Shown here one piece after another: positions 20,555 through 29,898 of a DNA stretch of 64,000 nt. Under the pieces are notes generated by a model that did no database searches, had not been told where the DNA came from, and was given only the letters and a program-made list of their open reading frames with translations. Both the position numbers and the translations under genes were made by a program. The DNA is from an uncultured Armatimonadetes bacterium. Lineage in GTDB: Bacteria > Armatimonadota > UBA5829 > DTJY01. How positions within the stretch are numbered: the first letter of the stretch is position 1; every line of letters starts with the position of its first letter. The stretch is from contig OY970325.1 in assembly GCA_963717145.1 (NCBI GenBank), positions 2,656,001 to 2,720,000 of the forward strand. The letters are read 5' to 3'.

Positions 20555-20579
20555 ATGAGACTAAAAGGGAGATACGCAC

Positions 20580-21908
20580 ATGAAGGACAAAGAGTACATT
20601 CTGAAGACCGCAAAGGAGAACAAAGTAAGGTTCATAAGGATGTGGTTTACCGACATCCTGGGGTTCCTGAAGAGCTTCGCGATCACCGCCAGTGAGCTGG
20701 AGAAAGCCCTCGACGAAGGGATGGGCTTCGACGGCTCGTCGATCCAGGGATTCGCGCGAATCGACGAGAGCGACATGATCGCCATGCCCGACGTCTCGAC
20801 GTTCCAGCTTCTTCCATGGCGCTCCAAGGGAGAGACCGCCGTGGCGCGTATCTTCTGCGACGTAGTGCAGCCGAACGGCAAGCCGTATGACGGCGATCCT
20901 CGGTACGTGCTCAAGAGAACGCTCAAGAAGGCTGCGGACATGGGCTATACCTACTACGTAGGCCCTGAGTTGGAGTATTTCTACTTCAGGAGCAGCAAGG
21001 GCGTCCCTGAGCCCCTCGACGAGGGCGGTTACTTCGACCTGACGCCGATGGACCTGGCGAGTGACCTCCGGCGTGACACCGTCATGATGCTCGAGGACAT
21101 GGGCATCGAGGTCGAGTACAGCCACCATGAGGTCGCGCCGAGCCAGCACGAGATCGACCTGCGCTACACTGACGCACTCACGATGGCCGACAATGCGATG
21201 ACCTACCGCCTGGTAGTCAAGGAAGTGGCGCTCAAGTATGACGCCTACGCAACCTTTATGCCCAAGCCGGTGTTCGGGGAGAACGGCAGCGGGATGCATG
21301 TGCATCAGTCGCTCTTCGAGGGTCCGCGCAACGCGTTTTTTGATGCGAAGGACAAGTGGCACCTTTCCAAGGTGGCGAAGCACTACATCGCCGGCCTGCT
21401 GAAGTACGCACCGGAACTGACGCTCGTGACGAACCAGTGGGTCAACAGCTACAAGCGCTTGGTCCCGGGGTACGAAGCGCCGGTCTACGTGTCCTGGGCG
21501 CTGCGGAATCGGTCTGACCTGATCCGCGTCCCGGAATACAAGCCGGGCAAGGAGACCGCGACCCGCATCGAGTATCGGTCGCCCGATCCCGCATGCAATC
21601 CGTACCTGGCGTTCTCAGTCATGCTGGCGGCCGGGCTCGAAGGCATCAAGAACCAATGGGAGGCCCCTGAGCCGGTCGAGCAGAACGTCTACGAGATGGG
21701 CGAAGAGGAGCGCAAGGAACGAGGCATCAACACGCTGCCGGAGAACCTGCACGACGCAATCAAGCTGGCCGAGGAGAGCACGCTCCTGCGGGAGACGCTC
21801 GGCGAGCATGTTTTCACGAAGCTGATCGAGAACAAGAAGCGCGAGTGGGATCGCTTCAAGGCCCAGGTGACCCAGTTCGAGCTGGATGAGTACCTGCCGG
21901 TGCTCTAG
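20580..21908 (+). CDS. glnA: Glutamine synthetase type I (alpha-type length)
   Basis: FDGSSI, GPELEYF, HHEVAPSQHE, TFMPKP..GENGSGMH, NSYKRLVPGYEAP, RIEYRSPDP.CNPYL. Confidence 0.92.
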   Translation: MKDKEYILKTAKENKVRFIRMWFTDILGFLKSFAITASELEKALDEGMGFDGSSIQGFARIDESDMIAMPDVSTFQLLPWRSKGETAVARIFCDVVQPNGKPYDGDPRYVLKRTLKKAADMGYTYYVGPELEYFYFRSSKGVPEPLDEGGYFDLTPMDLASDLRRDTVMMLEDMGIEVEYSHHEVAPSQHEIDLRYTDALTMADNAMTYRLVVKEVALKYDAYATFMPKPVFGENGSGMHVHQSLFEGPRNAFFDAKDKWHLSKVAKHYIAGLLKYAPELTLVTNQWVNSYKRLVPGYEAPVYVSWALRNRSDLIRVPEYKPGKETATRIEYRSPDPACNPYLAFSVMLAAGLEGIKNQWEAPEPVEQNVYEMGEEERKERGINTLPENLHDAIKLAEESTLLRETLGEHVFTKLIENKKREWDRFKAQVTQFELDEYLPVL

Positions 21909-21913
21909 GAGAA

Positions 21914-22014
21914 GAAGTCAGGAGTCAGAATACAGAAGTCAGAAGAAACCATCTAGTCCTGGGCGCCCGGACCTGTGTCTCCATTCTGACTCCTTACTTC
22001 TGACTCCTGACTCC
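21914..22014. repeat. Inverted heptamer tandem repeats
   Basis: (GAAGTCA/GGAGTCA)n then (TGACTCC/TACTTC)n; similar 7-mer arrays at ~17040-17137 and ~24340-24414. Confidence 0.7.
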
Positions 22015-22019
22015 CTTGT

Positions 22020-22691
22020 ATGAGAGGCGTTCTGATCATAACCGAGGGGCAGCGCGACATGGTTTCGCTGTCGAGTTGTCTGGTCCGCGCGGGGTACAGC
22101 GTCGAGGTCTGCGCCTCATCCGATGACGCGATCCTGGAGGCCCTGAGCAACGTCACGCCCGAGGTAGTGCTCTTCGACGGTGTGAGCACCAGTCGCACGC
22201 CTGCCGAGATCAGGAAGCTTCTCGCCACCGAATGCAGCCTCAAAGAGGTCCTTTTCGTCCTGATCGCCACCGAGGACCAGGCGGGCGAGATCGATCTCAG
22301 CGGCGTCGACGACTTCCTCATCCCACCTTACACCCCGGGCGAATTCCTCGCGCGTCTTCGCCTCATCTTCTGGCGCGTGAAGGGCATCGACGGCGACCAG
22401 GTGGTCAAGGTCGGCGACCTGATGATCGACCTCCAGAACTATGAGGTCACGATCGACGGCATCCCTGTCGAAATGACGTTCAAGGAATACGAGCTGCTGA
22501 AGTTCCTCGCGACTCATCGGGGCCGAGTTTTCACGCGTGAGGCGCTCCTCAACCACGTCTGGGGATACGACTACTACGGCGGCACACGCACGGTGGACGT
22601 GCATATCCGCAGGATCCGCTCGAAACTCGGGACTGAGAGTGAGGACCTGATCGAGACGGTCCGCAATGTGGGCTACCGTTTCGCGGGGTGA
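22020..22691 (+). CDS. OmpR-family winged-helix regulator with atypical receiver, GlnR-like
   Basis: MTFKEYELLKFL...WGYDYYGGTRTVDVHIRRIRSKLG...IETVRNVGYRF closely recalls actinobacterial GlnR; receiver lacks the acidic pair and conserved Lys; lies between two glnA genes. Confidence 0.85.
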   Translation: MRGVLIITEGQRDMVSLSSCLVRAGYSVEVCASSDDAILEALSNVTPEVVLFDGVSTSRTPAEIRKLLATECSLKEVLFVLIATEDQAGEIDLSGVDDFLIPPYTPGEFLARLRLIFWRVKGIDGDQVVKVGDLMIDLQNYEVTIDGIPVEMTFKEYELLKFLATHRGRVFTREALLNHVWGYDYYGGTRTVDVHIRRIRSKLGTESEDLIETVRNVGYRFAG

Positions 22692-22707
22692 AGTCGAGCG
22701 GAGAGTC

Positions 22708-22829
22708 GGAATCTGAACCGTCTAGTCCTGAGTGCGCCTCTGGGCGTGTAACGAAGGACGGCCTGTGCAGTGCCACCGTCCTTCGTTACACGCCCAGAGG
22801 CGCACTCAGGACTAGACGGTTCAGATTCC
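22708..22829. repeat. Long perfect inverted repeat (54-bp arms, 14-nt loop)
   Basis: 22708-22761 is the reverse complement of 22776-22829. Confidence 0.9.
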
Positions 22830-22856
22830 CCAATGAGTATGAGTAGGATTCGGGGA

Positions 22857-22894
22857 GTAACACACAGTTAATTTCTCCGAAACACGCCTGAAAC
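22857..22894 (+). promoter_or_regulatory. Putative GlnR box upstream of the second glnA
   Basis: GTAAC-n6-TTAAT-n6-GAAAC-n6-GAAAC with 11-bp period; -10-like TATCAT at 22905-22910. Confidence 0.7.
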
Positions 22895-22956
22895 ATTTCG
22901 CTTCTATCATGTAGCCATCGAACCCAAACGAACCCAAGAAGGGAGATCTGCAAGTC

Positions 22957-24279
22957 ATGACAGCAAAGGAAAAGGTACTAAAGGAAGCAAAAGACAAAGG
23001 CGTCGAATTCATCAGGCTCTGGTTCACCGATGTGCTCGGTCAACTCAAGAGCTTTGCAATAACCTCGGACGAACTCGAAGGCGCGCTCGCGGAGGGCATG
23101 GGCTTCGACGGCTCCTCGATCACGGGCTACCAGGACATCCAGGAGAGCGACATGATCGCCATGCCGGATCCCAGCACGTTCTGCCTGCTGCCCTGGAGAC
23201 CGACGGAAAAGGGTGTCGCCCGTATGTTCTGCGACATCCTGGAGCCGAGCGGTAACCCCTACGAAGGCGACCCGCGATACATCCTGCGCCGTGCAGTGAA
23301 GAATGCCGCGGACAAGGGCTTCACGATGTTCGTCGGTCCCGAGTTGGAGTACTTCTACTTGAAGGACTCGAGTTCGACCCAGATCCTCGATCACGGCGGA
23401 TACTTCGACCTCACTCCGCTCGATGTCGCGACCAGCCTGCGCCGAGAGACCATCCTGACGCTCCAGGAGATGGGCATCACCGTCGAGTACAGCCACCACG
23501 AGGTCGCACCGAGCCAGCACGAGATCGACCTCCGCTACACGGATGCCCTCACGATGGCGGACAACGCCATGACCTATCGCCTGGTAGTGAAGGAGATCGC
23601 GCAGAAGAACGGCGTGTATGCCACATTCATGCCGAAGCCGATCTTCGGACAGAACGGCAGCGGAATGCACACGCACCAGTCGCTCTTCAAGAAAGGCCGC
23701 AACGCGTTCTTCGATGCGAACGATCAGTACAGCCTGTCGACTGACGCAAAGCATTACATCGCCGGTCTGCTCAGGCACTCGAAGGAGATGTCCTCGATCC
23801 TCGCGCAGTGGGTCAACAGCTACAAGCGGCTGGTCCCCGGCTACGAGGCGCCGGTCTACATCGCGTGGTCGCAGAGAAACCGTTCTGCGCTCGTGCGAGT
23901 CCCGCACTACAAGCCCGGCAAGGAGAACGCAACCCGCGCCGAGTTGAGATGCCCCGATCCCGCGTGCAATCCGTACCTGGCGTTTGCCGTGATGCTCAGA
24001 GCCGGACTCAAGGGCATGGAAGAGAAGTACGAGCTGCCCGAGCCGATGGAGAAGAACCTCTATCACCTCAGCGACGCCGAGCGCAAGTCGCTGGGCATCG
24101 AGAGCCTGCCGTCGAGCCTCGGTGAGGCGATCGCGTGCACCGAGAACAGCGAACTGGTCCGAGAGACGCTCGGCGACCACGCGTTCGAGCGGTTCATCGA
24201 GGTCAAGAAATGGGAGTGGGATGACTTCCGGATTCAGGTGACAGGGTACGAGTTGGACAAGTACCTTCCGATACTCTGA
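22957..24279 (+). CDS. glnA: Glutamine synthetase type I, second paralog
   Basis: Same GS motifs as 20580-21908; EKNLYHL segment near the C-terminus. Confidence 0.92.
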   Translation: MTAKEKVLKEAKDKGVEFIRLWFTDVLGQLKSFAITSDELEGALAEGMGFDGSSITGYQDIQESDMIAMPDPSTFCLLPWRPTEKGVARMFCDILEPSGNPYEGDPRYILRRAVKNAADKGFTMFVGPELEYFYLKDSSSTQILDHGGYFDLTPLDVATSLRRETILTLQEMGITVEYSHHEVAPSQHEIDLRYTDALTMADNAMTYRLVVKEIAQKNGVYATFMPKPIFGQNGSGMHTHQSLFKKGRNAFFDANDQYSLSTDAKHYIAGLLRHSKEMSSILAQWVNSYKRLVPGYEAPVYIAWSQRNRSALVRVPHYKPGKENATRAELRCPDPACNPYLAFAVMLRAGLKGMEEKYELPEPMEKNLYHLSDAERKSLGIESLPSSLGEAIACTENSELVRETLGDHAFERFIEVKKWEWDDFRIQVTGYELDKYLPIL

Positions 24280-24293
24280 CGCCTGACGCACCG

Positions 24294-24333
24294 CAGGCCT
24301 GTCGCCTTCTTGGGTTCGGCGGCAGGCCTGTTT
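24294..24333 (+). terminator. Intrinsic terminator after the second glnA
   Basis: CAGGCCTGTCGCC...GGCGGCAGGCCTG followed by TTT. Confidence 0.6.
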
Positions 24334-24423
24334 GTCAAAAAGACCTTAGACGTTAGACTCTGGACTTCAGTGCGGACACCGGATATGATGTCTAAGGTCT
24401 AGAGTCTAACGTCTTCCGTTGCT

Positions 24424-24528
24424 CTACTTCTTCTTCGCGGCCGCTGCTGCTTCCTCGCGCATCCGAGCCTTGTAGTTCTCCTGCTTGCGCTTCCATCCCT
24501 TGATCAGATCCCTGTTTCTCAATCGCAT
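24424..24528 (-). CDS. Small basic protein (34 aa)
   Basis: MRLRNRDLIKGWKRKQENYKARMREEAAAAAKKK, preceded by GGGGAGGTG RBS; below the ORF-track size cutoff. Confidence 0.6.
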   Translation of the reverse strand: MRLRNRDLIKGWKRKQENYKARMREEAAAAAKKK

Positions 24529-24735
24529 AGCTTCCCACACCTCCCCTTAGCTCACACTTGTATTCGAAAACACCATCGATCAGACAGAGCACCTGCTCAC
24601 GAGTCGGGCACGTGATCTGTCCGATCGCCAGATGTCGCGGCACTATTATACCACATGGGGAACATAAGCATTCAGGCATAGGACGGCTGCTACCCGTGGG
24701 GGACCGAAAAAAGAGAGGTTTGGAATCATTTTTTG

Positions 24736-24764
24736 TTGCAAATCTGAGGCGGATCGGGTACAAT
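24736..24764 (+). promoter_or_regulatory. Putative sigma70 promoter for the RRM gene
   Basis: TTGCAA-N17-TACAAT. Confidence 0.55.
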
Positions 24765-24907
24765 GCAGGGTGGCAACAGGCGACGGCCCATGTGTGATTC
24801 GTGCGGATGCTCTTCTCTGAGGATAAGTTCACTCGTGTTGAATTGGCCCTGCGGCACCGCGCCATGCTAGATTAGATCGGGATTGAAGTCCCGGAGAGGA
24901 GTACAAG

Positions 24908-25279
24908 TTGGCTAACAAGTCATTGTACGTCGGCAACCTGTCTTACAGTACCACGGAAGAGGAGCTGAAGAGCCTGTTCGATCCGTGGGGACCCGTCGCA
25001 GAGGCCCGGATAGTTCAGGGTCGTGGATTCGGATTCGTGGACGTTCCTGAGGAGAAGGCTCAGGAAGCGATCGATTCGACCAATGGTAAGGAGTACCAGG
25101 GTCGCACACTCACCGTTAACGAGGCCAAGCCTCGGACACAGGGTGGCGGCGGCGGCGGTTACGGCGGCGGCGGCGGTCGTGGCGGCGGTGGCGGCGGTTA
25201 CGGCGGCGGCGGCGGTCGTGGCGGCGGTGGCGGCGGTTACGGCGGCGGCGGTGGCGGCGGTCGTAGAGAGCGCTGGTAA
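24908..25279 (+). CDS. RRM RNA-binding protein with Gly-rich tail
   Basis: RNP2 LYVGNL, RNP1 RGFGFV, TVNEAKPR, GGGGYGGGGGR repeats; TTG start with GAGGAG RBS. Confidence 0.95.
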   Translation: MANKSLYVGNLSYSTTEEELKSLFDPWGPVAEARIVQGRGFGFVDVPEEKAQEAIDSTNGKEYQGRTLTVNEAKPRTQGGGGGGYGGGGGRGGGGGGYGGGGGRGGGGGGYGGGGGGGRRERW

Positions 25280-25302
25280 GCTTCTACCGAAGTAGACACA
25301 TC

Positions 25303-25330
25303 AAGGGAGACCGAAAGGTCTCCCTTTTTT
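25303..25330 (+). terminator. Intrinsic terminator
   Basis: AAGGGAGACC-GAAA-GGTCTCCC followed by T-run. Confidence 0.9.
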
Positions 25331-25431
25331 GTTCGGTGTGCGCCATGCATGGGACCAATGGGACCTCTGGGGCATATGGCCGGCACGGAGGCGCGGCCGC
25401 TACTTGACGGTTTTTGCGCCGATGATGCACA

Positions 25432-26229
25432 ATGGGCGCCATGACGAGTCCTCCATTCAACCTTGACGAGACGCGGGTAACGATGATCGCGGGCGGTATC
25501 GCGCTCGTGCTGTCCGTCGTGCTGCTATGGTACTACAGCCGGTCGAAGAAGCTCCTCGACGAAATGTGGGCCGTCGACACCTACGACGCCAGGGAACTGC
25601 GCCGCATGTGCAGTGGAGGGTTCAGGGCGACTGTCGAGGTTCAGGGCAACGTCACCTGCGACCAGCCGGTCATCGCCCCGGCCTCGAAGTTCCCGTGCTG
25701 CTGGTGCCGCACGATCGTCGAGCGCCAGGAGACTCAGGTCCGGGCCAGCAGGACCGGAATCCGCACCGAGCATGTCTGGATCAAGGAATATGACTTCACG
25801 ATCTTCGCCATCTTCAAGGTCAACGACTCGACCGGCTACACGCTCGTGAACCCGCTCGGCGCGGATATAGAAACCGAGGCGCCGTACAAGCTCGTGACCA
25901 ACGAGCACGAGCCCTGGTTCACGGGAGTCGGCTATTCGGATACCGGCATGTACCGCATCACGGAGACGATCTTTGTGCCGACGGGTTTCGTCTACGTGCT
26001 CGGCCAGGCATCATGCGCCGGCGAAGGAACGGACGCTGATGTGCTGATCCATGAACCGAGCGAGGGCTATATCGATCCGAGGCACAAGGTGTTCCTCATC
26101 AGCCGCAAGACTGAGAAGCAGCTCGCGGAATCCCAGGATCTATCGCTCGCGGTCTCCTACTGGGGAGCGGTGATCGGACTCCTGTTCGCGGCATACTGCA
26201 TCCTCAGCCTGGTTGGAGTCGTGCCTTAG
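25432..26229 (+). CDS. Two-TM protein with GIDE/BAM-like domain
   Basis: TM at both ends; VEVQG, P..AP.S..PC.W, F.VND.TG..LV.P.GA, E......VYVLG, FLIS.K.E. Confidence 0.65.
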   Translation: MGAMTSPPFNLDETRVTMIAGGIALVLSVVLLWYYSRSKKLLDEMWAVDTYDARELRRMCSGGFRATVEVQGNVTCDQPVIAPASKFPCCWCRTIVERQETQVRASRTGIRTEHVWIKEYDFTIFAIFKVNDSTGYTLVNPLGADIETEAPYKLVTNEHEPWFTGVGYSDTGMYRITETIFVPTGFVYVLGQASCAGEGTDADVLIHEPSEGYIDPRHKVFLISRKTEKQLAESQDLSLAVSYWGAVIGLLFAAYCILSLVGVVP

Positions 26230-26248
26230 GAATGCGGAATGTGGAGAT

Positions 26249-26287
26249 AAGGCGGTCAGCTCCCGGGGACGGGGGCTGACCGCCTTT
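26249..26287. terminator. Bidirectional terminator
   Basis: AAGGCGGTCAGCTCC...GGGGCTGACCGCCTTT between convergent genes. Confidence 0.7.
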
Positions 26288-26299
26288 GCAGCAAGTGGA

Positions 26300-26991
26300 C
26301 TATTCGAACCGGATGAAGCTGATACCGAACGCCAGGTCATTGCCGTCGATCAGAGCAGCATCCACGCGCAACTCATCGGTGATCGCAAGGCGCACGCCGA
26401 TATTGATCAGCGATTCGTCGGAAGCGATCCCTCTCATATTCGCGTCTGCTATGAACTCGGCCATGGCGCTCACCTTGGGAGTCAGCGTCCAGTCGAGGCC
26501 GGCGAATAAGCCGCCGTAGATGCCGCCGCCGAAGCCCAGTGTGCCCCTCAGTGGCGCGGAGGGCTCGCCGGCGATGTCCGTGGCAACCGGGGTGAGATTC
26601 TTGCCAAAGACTATGAAGAATCCCGGATCGCCATCCGGATCCAGTTCCCCGGTGAGGTCGGCAGCGCCGATAACGACGGAAGGTACTCGGGTAGTCTCGA
26701 CAAGAATTTCATACTTGGCGTTGAGGAAGGTCCCTTGTCAACTCCCGGCGCATCCGGATCGAAACTTCCGATTCCCAACTCCAAGCCTTCGGTGACACCC
26801 GCCTCCGCGGCGATGATGAGTGGGTTATTGTCACCCTGGAATGAGTGCAGATTCGCACTGAAGTCACCGGGCGACAACACGATGTCATCCGGAGTCAGGA
26901 TGTTGCCCGTGATCCCCAAAAACGACGGCGCTGCGAGCGCTGTGCCGGAGATCAATGCTGCCATCACTGCGATCACGAAGAATCTTCTCAC
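26300..26991 (-). CDS. Outer-membrane beta-barrel protein (YjbH-like); frameshift near 26730
   Basis: AAAGGAG + GTG, signal peptide, APSFLGITGNILTP; the other frame continues FLNAKYEIL...INIGVRLAI...FGISFIRFE-stop. Confidence 0.65.
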
Positions 26992-27136
26992 TTGGTCTAC
27001 TCCTTTCCGATCACTGAACTGGGCCATGCCGGTGTGAAGTGATTGCACGCCCGCACGTCTATTAGGCAAGCTGCACGTCAACTCCTTCCTGCTTCGGGAA
27101 AACCGGGAGATGGGAGAGATGGGGAGGGATAGAGAG

Positions 27137-28554
27137 CTAACCCAGCGGGAGGGTGAAGGTGAACGCGCTGCCCTTATCAGGCTCGCTCTCGACCCAGATG
27201 CTGCCCCCGTGAGCCTCGACCGCGAGCTTGCAGAAGGTCAGACCGAGGCCGGTGGAGTAGGCCCTGCGCTGCCTGTGAGATTCCACCTGCGCGAACTTGT
27301 CGAAGATCCGCGCGTGGAATTCGGGTGGAATGCCCTCGCCCGTATCGGTCACGCACACAGCGACGAGACCATCGGAGAGTCTGGCATCGACCGTGATTCG
27401 ACCGCCCGGCGCGGTATGGCGGACTGCGTTGCCGAGCAGGTTGATGAGCACCCGGACGACCCGGTCCCTGTCTACCGAGACCATGGGCAGATCAGGGGGC
27501 ACAGCGATCTTCAGTGTCAGCTTCTTCCGTCTGGCCAGGATCCCCACTTGGGTGTAGACCTGCTCGACGATCTCTGCGATTGACGTCGAACGCCTGTGGA
27601 GGACGGTCCGGTGCTCCTCGAGTTTGCTCACATCGAGGAGGTCACTGATCATCTGCAGAAGGGTCTCGCCGCCCGACAGCGCGAGCCCGAGGATCTCATG
27701 CTCCTTCGGCTTCAGGCGAGGTTCCGCGGTCTCGGCCAGCGACTGAACCGACCCGATGACGGCGGTGAGAGGCACGCGCAGATCGTGTACGATCATGTTA
27801 GTCAGGTCTCGCATCACTCGCTCCGACTCCCGGAGCTGCTTGTACGCCAGTCTGAGCTGCCGATTGGCCTCCCGGATGGCGACCGCGCTGTCGAGGGCGA
27901 GGGCGGCTTTGCCGGCCATCGAGGCGATGAGATCCATCGTGTCCACGCTCTCGGTGACTGGATTGCCATTGGGAACAGTGGCCTCCCACCGGCAGATTCG
28001 ATCTCCCAGACCCCCAGCAGTTCGTCTCGACCACGTTGACGCGCTTGCCGTCGAACGAGTCCCTCAGTCCACCTGCCAGAAGCCCCGCCTCGAAACTGCA
28101 GATCGCCTCGCCGATATTCGGGATACCGGAACACGTGGCGCACTCTGTGGCGGCGAGCACAATGCGCACACCGTTCTCCTCCTCGACCGTCGTCTTTGCA
28201 ATGGACAGATCGCTGAGCGCCTGCATCGAATCTTTGAGGCCGTTGATGCCCAACTTCTCAGCGACGGTCTGGCCCGCGAGATTCAGCATGGCGGCGGAGA
28301 GCTTGGCGCCGAGGAGTTCGCGAAACGATAGGAGGCGAACTGCTCTGTAGAGGGAAACCGGGACTGTGCCGCCGAGGGTGGGCCGATCGTGGTAGAAGAC
28401 GCCGGGCACGTCGAGAGGATGCTGAGTCTTGGCCTCCTCGAGGCTCGAGTTGATGATCCGGAGGGCCTGCTCGCGGAAACTGAGGTCCTCTTTGGAACTC
28501 TGGCTTGTTTGTCCTCTTGCGGCTGGACGAACGTGAAGCTTCCGGGCTTTCCAT
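27137..28554 (-). CDS. V4R-domain sensor histidine kinase; frameshifts near 28490 and 28010
   Basis: ECATCSGIPNIGEAICSFEAG...ETNCWG(LGD.IC) V4R motif; HDLRVPL H-box, NLLGNA, DTGEGI, IFDKF, TGLGL. Confidence 0.8.
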
Positions 28555-28779
28555 GGAGATGCTCCTGCGAGAACTGTATGGAATGCGCCGGCAGTCCCTT
28601 GCCGGCGTGGCATCGGTGTTCGCTTGGTTCGGCCTCCGATTACGTTGGAAATGCTGCCCGAGGTCGTGTGAGCAGTCTAGAGTGATTCAAGGATAGCACA
28701 AGCAGCCGGAAAAGGCAAGCCCTTCTCGCGGTGGTTTTTCACAATTTCGGCATGAATAGTTCACAGTTATGCTTTCCCT

Positions 28780-28890
28780 GTAGTGGCCGTGCCTCAGTGC
28801 CGGCCATGTGACGTTGAAGGCCGGCACTGAGGCACGGCCACTACAGGCCTCTACTCTAGTCGGTGGCCGGCACTGAGGCACGGCCACTAC
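28780..28890. repeat. Three-arm GTAG REP cluster (family A)
   Basis: GTAGTGGCCGTGCCTCAGTGCCGGCC plus two inverted copies; the last supplies the permease stop codon. Confidence 0.85.
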
Positions 28891-29898
28891 CTCCTCCTGA
28901 GGAGTCTCATCCCGGCGACCACGATAACTATCCCCTGAATGAGGGTCACGATCTCCTTGGGCGTGTCGGTCACGATCTGCATCCCGAGCGCGCCGTTCTT
29001 CAGCGCCCCAAAGAGCAGCGCGGAGAGCATAGTGCCGAGCGCGGTCGAGCCCCCGAGAAACGCCACCGCGATGCTGTCGAATCCGTAGCCCGGCGAGAAC
29101 TGATCGTAGAACTTGTGGTGCACGCCCATGACCTCGACCGCACCGGCGATCCCTGCCAGCGCACCGCTCATCAACATGGCGTTCACGATCATCCCGGGTA
29201 CACCGATGCCGGCGGTCCGGGCGGCATCCGGGTTCAGTCCGACCGCCTTCATCTCGAATCCGAGCACGCTCCTCGACATCAGCACCCGGAAGCCGATCAC
29301 CGCCAGCAGTGCGACCAGGATGCCCCAGTGCAGGCCCGACGACTCGGCCAAGACCCCGAGCCACGCTGTCGACGTGGATCTCCGGCGTCCGAGGCGCCAT
29401 GGAGGCGGGGTCCTTCATGCGGTTGGTCACCAGGAAGTGGATGAGGTAGAAGGCCGTGTAATTCAGCATGATGGTGGTGATGACCTCGTGCACGCCCCGC
29501 CTGGCCTTGAGGATTCCCGGAACGAGCGCCCAGAGCGCCCCACCGGCGGCTCCGGCTGCATGACATAGAGGAATATGGATGGCCGTGGGTAGATCGACCG
29601 CATACCCGATCCACGCGGCCGCCAGTGCTCCGACAAGCAGTTGTCCCTCAGCGCCGATGTTGAACAGCCCCGCGCGGAGTCCGAGCGCGACGGCGAGTCC
29701 GGTGAGCGTCAGAGGAATCGCCTTCACGATCGTTTCCCCGACGGCCGTGCCGCTTCCAAATGCCGATGAAAACATCGCCGAGAACGATTCCGACGGGCTG
29801 CCGTGGGAGAGCACGACCGCAAGCGCGGCGGCTCCGAATCCGACCCCGAGAGCGATCACAGGGACGACCAGGCTCCGTGCAAAGTCGCGCAGTCTCAT
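28887..29898 (-). CDS. ABC transporter permease (nucleoside/sugar, BPD_transp_2); frameshift near 29367
   Basis: GLFNIGAEGQ, HEVITTIMLNY, GFEMKAVGLNP.AA..AGI, GYGFDSIAVA.LG. Confidence 0.88.

Noticed and set aside
25143-25262. GGC-rich tandem repeat as a contingency locus
   Set aside because: It encodes the usual Gly-rich tail of bacterial RRM proteins.
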